Position numbers and translations under genes: made by a program. Under the pieces are notes generated by a model that did no database searches, was not told the DNA's origin, and saw only the letters and a list, made by a program, of their open reading frames with translations. From the NCBI RefSeq assembly GCF_006345805.1, contig NC_043017.1, positions 13,764,001 to 13,828,000 of the forward strand: a stretch of DNA of 64,000 bases, read 5' to 3'. This DNA comes from Octopus sinensis (lineage: Eukaryota). This document shows positions 13,001 through 26,723 of the stretch, in pieces (within the stretch, counting starts at the first letter, position 1; every line of letters begins with the position of its first letter).

Positions 13001-13479
13001 GAAATTCACTTTTCAATCAAGAGTAACTGTGTGCTCACTCATTCCCACTGTAAAACTTCTTGGGCATGTCATTTTCTATCGCCTTAGGTCAACCCAAGCC
13101 ATGAACGAACCTGGGTTGACAGAAATGGTGTTGAAGCCTGTCAGATGGATTGTATCTGGAATTTAAAGGTTCTGCCTTGTCACATTGTGCCATGTTGATT
13201 TCATCTGAGAGTTACTTTTGAGGTACATGTAACTGTGGAATATTCAGCCACTTTCACATTAAATCAATAAGTGTGGTAGTTCAGTTGATTAAACTAAAAG
13301 TTTGTGAGTGGAATTTCTAATCGAGATTGATTTTTATACAGCAGATATGAAATTGTGTGTATGTGTACATATATATAAAGTTGTATGGTTTTTATGTACA
13401 GTGCATCAGTTCTTTGATGTCATTTTTATGAATCTAGAAGAAGACGTATAGCTCATCAAAGAAAAGCTGTATTTGTAAA

Positions 13480-14543
13480 CAAATTAATACAAATAATCAC
13501 AAGAATCTTTTTATCATACATATCCATTGAATCTACTGTTAACATCAATGGCTGCTTCAATATGGAGGTGGAAGCATTGACATGCCCAAATCTGATGATT
13601 TTTATCAATTTTGACATAGTACTGGTTATAGTGAATTTCAGAGATTGCATGGTGTTATGGGAGTGTTGGTTGACCTTTCTCTTGACTATGCCTCATGTAA
13701 TAGTCCAGTGGATCGAGGTCTGGTGAGCTAGGAGGTCATTGATCATGGAGATTGGCATGCATCCATGCTTGAGTTGTCCTGGCCCTGTGAGACAGGGTAG
13801 AATCGTGTTGGAAAACATATGGCCTTCCATTGCATATTCTGTCTATTCAGGGCCTCACAACTTTCTCTAACACTTCTGTGAAAAAAGTGTGGAGGCATGA
13901 CATCTTTGTTGCCGATGACTCCCAGAACCATAGCAATTGCTGGGAACTTAGTATGGCATGGCTGTTGAAACCTGATTTGGGTCTCTGCATAACCATCTGT
14001 CTTTCCTTTGGTTTCAATTGAAGTTTTTGTAATTGGAGAAAAATCAAAGCATTCAAGCCTCAAGTGTTTGGTGTGCATTAAATGATTCTCACTTGTCATA
14101 TCTGAAATAATCTGACTCTCTGCCTCACATATGGCTTGTACAGGATATCCTTGTGCACAACCCTTCTGATGGTGCATTCTGAAACCTTGAAGTCCTTTAC
14201 AATGATTCTAATTGGCTTTCTGGAGTTTTCATTATTTCTTGGACATTTTGCATGAAGTTATATGATGTGATGGTATTAGGACCTTGTACTTTTGCATTTA
14301 GTTGCTGATGTTGGATCCACATCAGCAGCTTCTAGCTCCTTTTGAACTTCGTCAGTGAAGGATAAGGTAACTTTGAGGAAGTGAGCTACCTCTGTATCAC
14401 TGCTGCACTTTTAAGGCAATAATTACAGTGCACCTTTTCATTTGCTGGGTCATCCTGATGTCTGATATTATTTATATGAAAATTAAGAAAAAAAAAAGAG
14501 CTCTTGAAAGAGGTACTCTCAAAACAAACTGAAGCACCCTGTG
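13480..14543 (-). mobile_element. Second, older maT-like Tc1/mariner remnant
   Basis: HTKFPAIAMVLGVIGNKDVMPPHFF, xPPSSPDLDPLDYY (about 13700-13740), HIEAAID, and TIR remnant gcaccctg at about 14536-14543. Confidence 0.75.
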
Positions 14544-15044
14544 TGGGGATGTGACTGGTATGTAGTTTGTATGTTTGTCTCTGTATATATAGACAAGTTT
14601 ATATGAATGTACACATAAATAATATGATGTTGTATGTATGGTGTGTGTGTAATAGTACATGATCATCAGCATATATGTATCTTGACTATTTTCAGAAAAG
14701 ATGTCACTGTTGTCTATAGTTGTATATAACCTGGTGCAGTCTCATTAAAAAATGTGGCATCTGAACAAATGAGGATGAAACAAACTGAACAGAAAGAGCT
14801 TAGATAGTCTTGAACTGCCTGCATTTTTAGCATTGAATTTATCACCCATCTGTTGAACAAATAATAGAATGCTTTACATTGGACTTGTCAGCTACCCCTG
14901 AATAGTCCATTGAAATCTTAGAACTTGTGAATAATGTAATGGTTTTCTCTCTCACACGCACATGGGTTGTCTTGAAAGTAATGCAAAAAGAGTATAACTT
15001 TTTTTTATTAACTAACACAGGCTATTCAGATTCTTCCTCTATAT

Positions 15045-15348
15045 CAGTGGTTCTCAACCAGAGTCCAATTATCCCTTGAAGATCCATATAAGAATTTTGG
15101 GGATCCACAATAGTATTTTAAGGGCCCCTGGGAAATTTTACTTTAGATGTATGTATTGCAAGAAACAGCTAGGTTTCTTTCTCTAACATTCTACTTAGTT
15201 CAATCTATGCGAGTTAATGTGTGAAAAACAAAATAGGAATTTTGAGATAAGTGTCTATAAAACATTGAATGGCTACAGGGTTACACCAGAATAAAATAGT
15301 AAACAAACAAAAGGGGTCCAAAGATTAAAAAATTGCTGAGAACCCCTG
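15045..15348. mobile_element. hAT-type MITE; second copy 45942-46342
   Basis: TIR cagtggttctcaacc/..gagaacccctg and 8-bp TSD ctct(a/g)tat. Confidence 0.85.
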
Positions 15349-15359
15349 CTCTGTATAAA

Positions 15360-16330
15360 GAAAGGTATGACTCAACAGTCTCTCTCCATCAAAAGTGAAG
15401 TATTTGTGCTATCAATAACTGAACGCTTGAAACCTCTTTGAAAAAATTCAGGTGTGTGCTATTGTACTCACTTCTTCACAGCCACTTTCACTTTACCTTT
15501 TTCAACAAATTGTTGTCCCCAAGGACTCTCGTTCATTGGACTGACAAAGTGGAAGTCAGAAAGCACCAGATCCAGACTGCAGTAGATGGAGGACTATTAA
15601 CTGGACCCTTTTGCCAACTGTCCAATTTGTTGCTAGGGATGTGTGTGGTCACATGTTGCCATAGTGAATGATAACATTCTTATTTGCTCTTTTCTTGTTA
15701 ATGACTTTTCAGCTCTTTGGGTGTCTCAGTCTACTGTTTGCTGTTCATAGTACAGTTATGTTCCAGAAAATCAAGGAGAACTACACTGTTGTCATCCACC
15801 AAACAGTTACCATGACTTTGTGTCAATTGCTGGCTCTCGAACTTCTAACACCTTGGACAAAAGGTGTGATACTATTTGACGGACCTAGTTTTATTTCTGG
15901 ATTATAAAGTTATGCTTATGTTTCATCTCCTGTCACCAGATAAGAAAAAAAAAAAAAGAAAAAACTTCTCTGCATTGTCTTTCCTTCAAATTGAGCGTCA
16001 ACTGCTAAGGCACCCACTTCGCACTTTCCCAAAGACTTCCATCTTCTGGAATGCATTTTGACAACAGTTCAACTGTACAGCAAGCTCATGGACTCTGACT
16101 CTGTCCATGCAACTTCATTTGTCCACTTGTTGATTCATGTCAGTGGTCACAGCTGATGGCTTTATACTGTATGGTTTGCCTTCAGTGCTGGTTTACCCTT
16201 TAAATTTCTTTATCCATCTGTGCAAAGCTCTTGTCAAAGATGTAAACAACTTGTAGCCTTCTGCAGATGTCAGACAGCCTACGCCTTGCCTTCATCAACA
16301 ACATGAAGGAGAATTACTGTAGAAGATGAG
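15360..16330 (-). mobile_element. Decayed mariner (DD34D-type) transposase
   Basis: Frameshifted PP-SxDLVLSDFHF..PMNESxxGQQF..VKVAVKK..PEFFQRGF, resembling the mariner C-terminus HPPYSPDLAPSDFHLF. Confidence 0.7.
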
Positions 16331-17421
16331 TCATTCTACCAATAGTGGCAATTTGGATAACCTGTGAAGTCAAGCACACATTCCATTACTTTTGGAACAA
16401 TCCTTGTGTATATGCATTTGTATGTATCCTGCTACAGAGACTGTGTCAAAATGAACATTGGGGCTCTGTGCAATCTTTTGGCTCATTAATTTCTATCGAT
16501 TGCTCATCCCATGTCAGAATGGACAACAGAAGCTAAACAGTGATAATGATATGTTATTATGTATTTATATATAGTTTGAAGATTCCCAGTCTAAGATGAA
16601 ACCCGTGATCACAGTAAGGGCATTGCAGCTTTCTGTTTTCTAAAACTCTTTACAAATTTATTGAGTTCTCTTTTTTTTATAGAGTTACAAGTACATTGTA
16701 TATTTGCCAATTAGTCTTGTTTGTTTGTGTCTGTGTGGCACGCTTTGTCAGTGCAGTGTTTCACCTATTATGTGGGTATGTAGCTATGGTGACCAATACA
16801 GCTACATTCGTTACACTGCTGCTAATAATGATAGTGGTGTGTGTAGGTGAGCTGGCAGAGTCGGTTAGCACACTGGGCAAAATACTTAGCGGCGTTTCGT
16901 CCATCTTTACGGTCTGAGTTCAAATTCTGTCGAGGTTGACTTTTGTTTCATTCTTTTGGGGTTGATAAAATAAGTACCACTGGGATCATTGTAATCAACT
17001 TATCCCCACCCCACCACCGAAATTGCTGGTCTTGCACCGAAATTTGAAATTGTTATTATTCGCCAGAGGTCGACCTTTACCTTTCATCTTTTCGGGGTCA
17101 ATAAAATGATTTGAATACTGGGGTCGATGTCATCGACTGTTCCGCTCTCCCGAAATTTCAGGCTTTGTGCCTATAGTAGAAAGGATTATAACAGTTATTA
17201 GTATTTTTAATCCGATTGCTCGATCGATATCTTACTGGAGCTGACATTGATTTTCAAACTTTTGGGTTCTATGGTTTTTGAAGTACCAGTCATATACAGT
17301 GGTTAATTCGTTCAACAAACACACACATTTAGACTGTTATCTCTTCGTTCTTTACTTTCTTCTCTTCTGTACTTTTTGTTAGCATACTCTTTTTTTCTTT
17401 CCCTTGTTTTTATAAGATACA

Positions 17422-17830
17422 GGCGCAGGAGTGGCTGTGTGGTAAGTAGCTTGCTTACCAACCACATGGTTCCGGGTTCAGTCCCACTGCGTGGCATCTT
17501 GGGCAACTGTCTTCTGCTATAGCCTCGGGCTGACCAATGCCTTGTGAGTGGATCTGGTAGACGGAAACTGAAAGAAGCCTGTCGTATATAAGTATATATA
17601 TATGTATATATGTGTGTGTATGTTTGTGTGTTTGTGTTTGTCCCCCTAGCATTGCTTGACAACCAATGCTGGTGTGTTTACGTCCCCGTCACTTAGCGGT
17701 TCGGCAAAGTGACCGATAGAATAAGTACTGGGCTTACAAAAAATAAGTCCCAGGGTCGAGTTGCTCGATTAAAGGCGGTGCTCCAGCATGGCCGCAGTCA
17801 AATGACTGAAACAAGTAAAAGAGTAAAGAG
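17422..17830 (+). mobile_element. tRNA-derived SINE-B with internal microsatellite; other copies 23016-23422(+), 28873-29295(-), 29841-30189(+), 41215-41515(+), 48530-48870(-), 50267-50643(+), 53467-54350(-, split), 58478-58879(+)
   Basis: A-box TGGCTGTGTGG, B-box GGTTCAGTCCC, ccttgggcaagtgtc block, central (TA)n(TG)n, and 3' ggcggtgctccagcatggccgcagtcaaatgactgaaac plus (AAAGAGT)n tail. Confidence 0.9.
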
Positions 17831-20218
17831 TTTATAAATATGCACACACACACACACACGTTTCTCTCCATGTCACTTCACCCTTTTCCCACCCAACTTT
17901 TGCCATCTATCCCTGTTACCACAAGTTTCCAATACACACACACACACACACCTCACACGTCTTTTCTCTTCCCTCTCCTTACTCCTTATCTAGCACTTCT
18001 CCCTCCCTCTCTCTCTCTCTCTCTAGCACCACACCCATTTTCCTACCACGCCACCGCCTCTGGCTCTCTGTTTATCAGTCTGTAGTCAGCTCCTACGTCA
18101 CGGACCCCTACTCCCCCTCTGTTATAAACCAAACTACGTACTTGAGATCTCTTGAAAGTCTCAAGGACGATATTATTAAATCCTACATAGAGAGGAGGGG
18201 GGTTGTTTAAAAATTGTTTTAGATTCTTGCCATTAAACCTTTAAGAAAAAAAAAAAAATCCTTCCAGAATTTGAGGGTAACTCGTGATGGTAGACATTGG
18301 ATGGAAGGGGTGAGGAATACCAGGAATTCGACGAAATGTGTGGTGGTCGGTGTCTGTTAGGAAAAGAATCTTGTAATGGGTGTTAAATTCCTCCAGAGTG
18401 ATGTGGAAGGTTAGCGGTGGCTTCTCTTCTACGGTTTAGGTTTAGACCTAAGTCAACGCTAATCTAGTCAACTTATTATAGCCAGGAGCATTCCAAACAT
18501 GACCATCCCCGTCTTGTAATAAGCAAGAAACTCACAACCTACATGGTTGGTCTAAGACAGTGCTCGGAGTTTTGGGAGATGTGAGAGAAATTTGATTGCT
18601 ATTTTGTAGCAGGTCAGACGACCACGTTGAGTTTCCCTCGTTGGTTAGTAGTAGTAGTAGTGGTGGTGGTGTTGAATACTGTTGTGTTGGTGGTGATTGA
18701 CTCGGGTCTTTTAGCTCCAACTCAATCTCGATCGAACAGAACTATGATTCAGAGTCTTTCCAATTATGACCACCTCGTCTATATACATCTTCAGGCTGGT
18801 TACTTGTGGGCGCCCTAATAACGGTTAGGGTCAGCATTCTTGCTGGTGGTTTAGTGAGGGTCAGGAGTTGGTTGGTGTTAGTAGTTGGGATAGCTCTGAT
18901 CCAACAGGACAATGAGGATTAAGGAGGTTCCAACAATGACGATCCAGTCAATTTTTTTTCTAGAAAATGTATTCTCATATTTTTAAAAGATGGTAACTTT
19001 GGATTTTAAGATTTAACTGTTATTTCTAACAAGTGGAGCAGCGTTGTAGAAGTTTCCTTGTTTCGGTCATAGTTGTTATTTAATGTTGGGTTATTATTCA
19101 TTCAGCAGGCTTGTATGGTCAAAAACGTTCCAGTCGTGGCCACCCAGTCTATATTTCTTCATAAATACCCAAGACCATAATCTTCCAATGCCATCTTCCT
19201 GTTGTTTTCTGAAGACTGTCTTGTTTGTTTTGTGGGTGCTTTTTTGGCTGTTATCTCTAGTAGGTTGAGCTACCGTGTAGAGGTATCCCAGCTGGTAGTT
19301 GCTTAACCTCAAGTTAGACCTGACCAAGGTCTATAATTAAAGGTATTCCAGCCGTGATCAGGTCGTTTTATGTAAATCCCGAGACCACGTTATCTAGCAT
19401 GTCCTCCCTCTTTCTGTCTGAGGCGGCGGCATTGGTGGTGGGAATTACAGTAGTGACAATATCGAGGGCGATTCCTAGAATGTTTTTGTATTAGAAGAGA
19501 TTTAAACTTCGGGTCTTCGTTCCTCCATCTCACCTAACTTCTACTTCACATCAACCGCAGAATTTGACGAGGACAACCTGCAAGAGCATGACATGTCTCT
19601 GAGTCTGTGTGTGCATGCGCGCGTGTATACATATGCATATAGAACTCGTGTATGTATGATCGTGTGTCTAAATTATACGCAAAATTTTTTACACACACGT
19701 ATGTATACAAATACATATGTCGGTCTTATACATATATATGACCCTCGTATGCATGTAGACACACATTAACAGTGTATGAAAGTCAGTTTTAATTAAACAA
19801 TTACCATACAAATATGTAACGATGTAGATTAGAAAGGAAACCTTTTTTAATTATTTATCACCACTGTCACTATCATCACCACCACCACCACCTCCACCAC
19901 TGTCTTTTTCTTTCCTTGTCTTCCTCTTCTAATATCTCTGTCTCTTGTTTACTCTCTCTCTCTCTCCCCCTTCCTTACCAGCCAATTTAATTAAATCTGT
20001 CTTCGCTCTCTTCTCCTCCTCCTCCTCCCCTCTCTATCAGCTGTGACCTGATCTTGACTTGTCCTGCTTTGTGTGTGTGTGTGTGTGTGTGTGTATTATA
20101 AGACGTTAGTTCTTCACACGAACCCCCTCCTCCCCCTCTTATTTACACACACAACACGCACACACACACATATACACACACCCTCACTTCTTGACATTCC
20201 GTTACTTAACGCCGCCCT

Positions 20219-20231
20219 TTTCGCCATTTTC
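20219..20231 (-). promoter_or_regulatory. YY1-like motif / AAAATGGCG start context in CpG-rich DNA
   Basis: Plus strand tcgccattttc reads aaaATGGCG on the minus strand, followed by a candidate donor GAA|gtgagg at 20187. Confidence 0.3.
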
Positions 20232-21883
20232 TGTGAAATATAACGGAATAGACATTTTAGCATTGTGGCCGAGTGTGTGTGTGTTTGTGTGTGTCTACAT
20301 AACCGACATATGCACACATCATCTGCGTATGTATGTATGTACGTATGTATGTATGTGTGTGTTTGTAATGATATCATACCTACATATTGCGTGTATATAT
20401 TCATCTGTGTGTGATACAGGCAGACATACACACACACACATACACACACGTACATACACGTTTCTATTTTCTCACATGCATAAGTCCTTTCCAGGCTGGA
20501 GTACATTTCAACTTATCGACAAACTCTGTGTGTTTGTCTCTGTGTATGCTCGCGCGCGCGCACACCACTTTCCTCTCTAATTCCACCATTTTACTGTCAA
20601 TGATTCTGTGTGTGTATGTATATATAAATATATATATTTATATGTATATAATTTTTACTGTCTAAAAGATCGCTTGTGTTGGTGTGTTCAACAATTTTTC
20701 TTAGCTTTTTATTTATTCTATATACCTCAATACACGTTACATGTGTGTGTGTATGTATGTAATAATAATAATAATATATATATATATGTGTGTGTGTGTG
20801 TGTATTATATATATATATGTGTGTGTGTGTGTTATATGTGTGTGTGTGTGTGTTATATGTGTGTGTGTGTTATATATATGTGTGTGTGTGTATTATATAT
20901 GTGTGTGTGTGTGTATTATATATATATATGTGTGTGTGTGTGTATTATACATATATACGTGTATGTGTGTGTGTGTATTATACATATATACGTGTATATG
21001 TGTGTGTATTATACATATATACGTGTATATGTGTGTGTGTATTATACATATATACGTGTATATGTGTGTGTGTATACATAACACGTTTGTGTGTGAATCT
21101 TTCAGGACTTCAGTATGCTTCCAACTAGCGTGTGTGTGTGTGTTTGTGTGTGTGAGTGTCTGCGTGTTTCCTTGCTCTGTTGGTGGTTTTTGTACACGAA
21201 ACTTGATGGTAAGAGGCCAGTCAGCCATCTCTGCCGCCATCGCCACCACCACCACTACCACCACCACCATCAGTCAGTCAGCCTGGTTGGTAAGCAGTAG
21301 TAATATAGACACATATACACCCAAGCCTATATACACCGACTGACTGTCTGCCTTCTACTTCACAAACCCCCGCCCCTCCCCCCACTCTTACATTATACAG
21401 AACACTTGTTCAGTGTCTTGGAGAGACCGACCGACACAAATATATATCTTCTATACATTCTCGCTTCTTTACCTTATTTATTTAACCTTTTAATGATTTC
21501 TGCTAGTCTGGCCCCTATTGAATGAATGCTCTGGGGTTTCCAATTCAAATCCCAATTTGATGTGTATTTTTGCTTTACGTCTGGTCTGGTCTGGTTTAGA
21601 GGCCCCGTCCGTACCACCAGTCTGGCTCTGGGGTCGGTCGTTTAATCTAGGATTTCTGGCATTATTATTATGTTTTTGCCGGACAAAATGCTTAGCGGCA
21701 TTTCGTCCGTCCCTTACGTTCTGAGTTCTAATTTCGCCGAGGTTGACGTTTGCTTTTCTCATCTTTTCGGTGTCAATGAAATAAGTACCAGTTGAACACT
21801 GGGGATCGATGTCATCGATTAGACCCCCTCCTCCGAAATTGCTGGTCTTGTGCCAAAATTTGAACTCATCATCATCATCATCA

Positions 21884-21948
<65 letters not shown>

Positions 21949-22789
21949 ACAGAAATGGAACGTTGATTTCATAACTTGTGCACATGACAAAATGTCTTTC
22001 ACTGGTATTTCATTACCCACACATGCATGTGCACGCACGCTTGCTTAGCCACGTCTGGTCTCAGTTCTGAAGTTCAAATCCTGCGGGGGGAATCGGTCAG
22101 CTTTCCTTTTTTCTTTTTTTTTAACCCCCCATTCTTCTGTGATGGATAAAATGCCCTTCAATAGTTTGTTTTTTAAAAAGACAAATGATGTCATTGTGAT
22201 CTTTAATTATGACATAATTAATACTAATTTCTCAAGTAGATTCGAGACCAGACATTTAAGTGGTGGTGGTGGTGGTGGGGAGGGAAAGAGTCGTATAAAT
22301 TAATCTCTACAGTAAACTTGACTGTCTTGTTTGGTGTTTGACAAAACCAGACGTTGTGGAAACGGGCATTTAAGTACGGTTTGCGTCTCGCAATTCAAAG
22401 AGGTTTATTCAACACACACACACACACACACACTGATATTTGAAACCTCAAAATTAACATTGAAGGGAAGTAACTCCAATAAGATCAGTTGATTGAAATT
22501 TTTGGAAAATAATAGAAAATATTGTACGAGTGGGAATTTGGTTTTTAATGTCGTTTGGTAAAAGCAAAACCTGGTTCCCATCTTGTTAGATCTCTTTAAC
22601 TAGATGTATTCAATTCATGCTAGAAACACAGAGGAGATTGTAGAGACCGACGATAGGGTTGAGGGGGGAATACCTCAGAGGAGCGGTCTGTATACCAAAG
22701 ACAAACAGTGCCATAAAAGTGATTTACAAGTTGAGTAAATCATTCAATCACTCAGTCTCTTCGTTGGATGAAATCACATACATACTTTA

Positions 22790-22955
22790 TTTACTTGTGT
22801 ATAAGTCGCACTGTTTTACACTTGATTTTAACAGGCAAAAAACCTGGGGTGCGACTTGTACACAGGACACGGCTAAAACTATGACGGGGGGAAAATTTGT
22901 ACCAAGATTTAACATTAAATTAGGGGTATGACTTATACAAGATTAAATACGATAG
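22790..22955. mobile_element. Short pogo/Tigger-like MITE remnant
   Basis: atttacttgtgtataagtcgcac ... ggggtatgacttatacaagattaaatacg inverted ends. Confidence 0.5.
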
Positions 22956-23177
22956 AGTGTGTGTGTATATATATATATACACACATACAAGATATTTACT
23001 CCACATTGCCATATAGGCGCAGGAGTGGCTGTGTGGTAAGTAGCTTGCTAACCAACCACATGGTTCCGGGTTCAGTCCCACTGCGTGGCATCTTGGGCAA
23101 GTGTCTTCTGCTATAGTCCCGGGCCGACCAATGCCTTGTGAGTGGATTTGGTAGACGGAAACTGAAAGAAGCCTGTC

Positions 23178-23227
<50 letters not shown>

Positions 23228-23662
23228 TTGTCCCCCTAGCATTGCTTGACAACCGATGCTGGTGTGTTTACGTCCCCGTCACTTAGCGGTTCGGCAAAAA
23301 GAGACCGATAGAATAAGTATTGGGCTTACAAAGAATAAGTCCCGGGGTCGATTTTCTCGACTAAAGGCGGTGCTCCAGCATGGCCGCAGTCAAATGACTG
23401 AAACAAGTAAAAGAGTAAAGAGTATATCGAATATAATGCAACTGGTAAATTTTTTTTAACCTAAAACTCACCAATTATTTACCTTTCTTGGTACTCGTCC
23501 ATATCCCCAGTTTTGACAGTTTTCGCATTTTAAACGAGTAAATACGATAAACATTACAAATAGCCTTTTTTCTTCTTTCGGAAATAATTTGTTTACGTGG
23601 TCTCTTTTTTTTCCCTACGGAGCCAACTGTCTTGGATCCGTCAGATCTCAAACCGTCTAACT

Positions 23663-23869
23663 CAGGGTTGGGCAAACTACGGCCCGCCATAGGTTTTCAT
23701 GCAGCCCGCCGAGAGGAATATTTCACAAAATTTCCTTTCAATCAATTGTGTGTTTATAGGTCTATAACCGCCTTTAAAAATATTTTCACTTGATTTTTAT
23801 AAATGAGGCCCGCCAAGGTTCCAAAGACGCACTGTGCGGCCCGCGATCAAAAAAGTTCGCCCACCCCTG
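23663..23869. mobile_element. hAT-type MITE, 207 bp
   Basis: TIR cagggttgggcaaact/agttcgcccacccctg and a perfect 8-bp TSD gtctaact (23655-62/23870-77). Confidence 0.9.
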
Positions 23870-24766
23870 GTCTAACTTATGCCAACATGGAAGATGGACG
23901 TCAGAAAGATACGTTTAATTGCATGGAGTTGTTGGTTTTAGCCGAGTCGGCGGCTCTAATTAAGCCATCATAAACTTCCATTCTCTTTTTAGCTTAAGCA
24001 TTGAGAACCTTGGGCAATAACAGTGGGGTGGGAATGGGGGATTTGGCTGCTATTTCTAACAGGTTGAGCTTTTATAATTGCTTTTGTGTTATTGTTTAGC
24101 CTCAGGGCAGACTTGATCAGGACTATCAGTAAAGACATTCTAACGGTAACCACTTCGTCGATCAATCGGTATATCTGAAACTACATTAGCTACTTATGTA
24201 AGATATTAAGGTGGGGATTTCAAAGGATATTTCACTGCTATTTCTAGCGGTTTTTAGTGACTCAAGACAGGTTCCCACGTTGACTCGTCTATTTAAAATG
24301 TCTGACATTGTTAATGTATTTTCTGGAATTTTCTTCTTCTTCCCTGTCTTAAATGTTGGGGTCTGTCCCTCCCCCTTCCAGATTTTGGTCGGGATTGTTA
24401 AACTGTTTAGTGGGCGAAGGAATGTTATTGCCCCCGCTCCCCCCCCACACACACACATATTTGCTTTTTCCCCCTTTTATTTTAGAGGGACGACGGTTGA
24501 TGTGCGGTGGCTTCTTGTCTAAGCGCTGTAGTTTCGGGTGCTTTATTTTGGTCTGAGAATTTTTTGACTGCGAAATGTAATATATACACACATGCACGGA
24601 GGTTAAACCCGGGCAATCATCCTCAACCACGAAGGATTTATCACGATTACATGTGTTGCGCGCGCGTATGTGTATATCTGTGTATTTGTGTATATTTGTA
24701 TATGTATATATGTGTGTGTGTGTATGTCTATGTAAATATATGTGTGTATGTTTGTGTCTATATATA

Positions 24767-24813
<47 letters not shown>

Positions 24814-24900
24814 TTATCAATAATAAAGGGTGAAATTAATTAATTTAGAAATAATCATTAATTTCACCAAGTAGTGTTCGGCATGTAAAAGCCCCATTCA

Positions 24901-24973
24901 AGGAAGGTTTAAGTAATACTAAGTAATTAAGGGTTGCTAAACCCTTAATTACTTAGTATTACTTAAACCTTCC

Positions 24974-24974
<1 letters not shown>
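24901..24974. repeat. Perfect 35-bp inverted repeat with 4-nt loop
   Basis: aggaaggtttaagtaatactaagtaattaagggtt-gcta-aacccttaattacttagtattacttaaaccttcct. Confidence 0.95.
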
Positions 24975-25013
<39 letters not shown>

Positions 25014-25018
25014 TATGT

Positions 25019-25088
<70 letters not shown>

Positions 25089-25752
25089 ATATAAATGTGT
25101 TTATGTAAATATAAGTATATACATAAGGTTACTTTAGATGTTTGTATGTCTACACACAGAGTTGCTTGTTTGTGGTGCAGCTCGACATTATTTGAATGGC
25201 TGGTTTCCCGACGGACCATTCCCCCCTTGAAACCCTAAATAAACCAATTGTTTTAAGTGTTCTAAGCTGTCCCCCTCCCGCCTCTGATTTTCTTCCTCCA
25301 CCACTACCACCACCACCATCCATTCTTAGTATTTATCACCTCTTCCCCTACCCCCTTATTTTTACCTGTTTCTTCACCCCCTCCTTCCTCCTTCTCTCCA
25401 CCACTTGACTTGTTTAATATCTGCACCTAAACATTTCCAATTGACCCCCAGAACCTCAAATTTCCTTCACCCCTCCCTGCTACCAACCACTAGTTTCGGG
25501 TGGTGGTGGTGGTTGATAGCATAGTTGCCTCTCTGTCTGTCTGTGTCTCTCCACTATCTTTCCTCTTGCTGGCGTGATAATAATATGTGGCGAAACCTGT
25601 ACATGTAGACAGTTTCTACACACCTGTATGTGTATGTAATAATCCATCAAAGGTGTCGAGGAGTTCTCTATTACGAGTACGTAATGAAACAAATCCACGA
25701 CTATGTGTTCCGAAATAGTACTGTGAGGTCTCAATGAAATTATATTCCCTGT

Positions 25753-25987
25753 GAAGGCGGCGAGCTGGCAGAATCGTTAGCACGTCGGGTGAAATGCTTA
25801 GCGGTATTTCGTCTGCCGCTACGTTCTGAGTTCAAATTCCGCCGAGGTAGACTTTGCCTTTCATCCTTTCGGGGTCGATAAATAAAGTACCAGTTTCGCA
25901 CTGGGGTCGTTGTAATCGACTTAATCCCTTTGTCTGTCCTTGTTTGTCCCCTCTATGTTTAGCCCCTTGTGGGCAATAAAGAAATAT
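25753..25987 (+). mobile_element. tRNA-like SINE-C; other copies 2726-2957(-), 16846-17190(+), 21675-21865(+), 34395-34688(+, split), 37655-38030(+), 40587-40822(-), 41537-41765(-), 54840-55040(+), 57255-57470(+)
   Basis: Head ggcggcgagctggcagaatcgttagc..gagttcaaattcc; core gcctttcatcctttcggggtcgataaa..agtaccag (resembles the Meta/MESC SINE domain as recalled); two alternative tails. Confidence 0.85.
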
Positions 25988-26214
25988 ATATTCCCTGCTT
26001 AACACACACATACACACACACTGTATTTATATGTATATCACTCTTTCACCCTCACCAACTACCCCTCACTTCCAATGTTCCTTATATTTTCCAGCCCCAT
26101 TTTGAATCAAACCCTTATTTTCATCCTATCAAATTTTTTTTTACCTCGTTCCTCACCTCTCTTTAAACGTCCTTGTTTGTCGTCACCTTTTTTCTATCCA
26201 TGTATCTGGTGTCC

Positions 26215-26470
26215 GAAGTAAGCCGTTCCAACCGTGATCATCTATTTTAATTCAGACATAGTACATTATACAAAGTGATTCTTCCTTTCGGGGCAGCAAG
26301 ATGTAATTTGAGGGCAATCTGGTTGTTTTTTCTAGCGCATCTAGCGATCGACTAGAAGTTGGCTCAACTGGTATATTTAGTGCATGAAGGTGGAGGTTAG
26401 CGGGGCGGTTCTTGTTTAGTCTAGAGTCAACTCTGAGCCGCTGACCATTCCAGCTATGGTCATCTTGTCT
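26215..26470. repeat. Ancient dispersed repeat carrying gatttgagggagatttggctgctatttctagcagg-like core
   Basis: Degenerate core recurs at about 18570, 24040, 26300, 40880, 44285, 46365, 48905, 52970, 56860 and 57035. Confidence 0.6.
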
Positions 26471-26723
26471 TAAATGTCGACTTCACGTATCTTTCCTTTA
26501 TTAGGGTTTGCGGGCAGATCGAGGTTTTGTTTATATACATTCGCCTTATTGTCTCCATGCTCATACGGTCAAAAGCAATGACCATCTCATCTGTATTTTA
26601 TTCATGCATGATTTTATGGTTTAAGAAACTCGCTTTGCAACCTCGTGGTTTCGGGTTCTGTCTCACTGCGTGGCATCTCGGGCATTTGTCTTCTACCTTA
26701 GACCTCGACTGAGCAAATACTTG

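Noticed and set aside
19534-19577. Minus-strand exon-like segment with good splice sites
   Set aside because: It has stops in all three frames, so it is at most a UTR exon, and there is no support.
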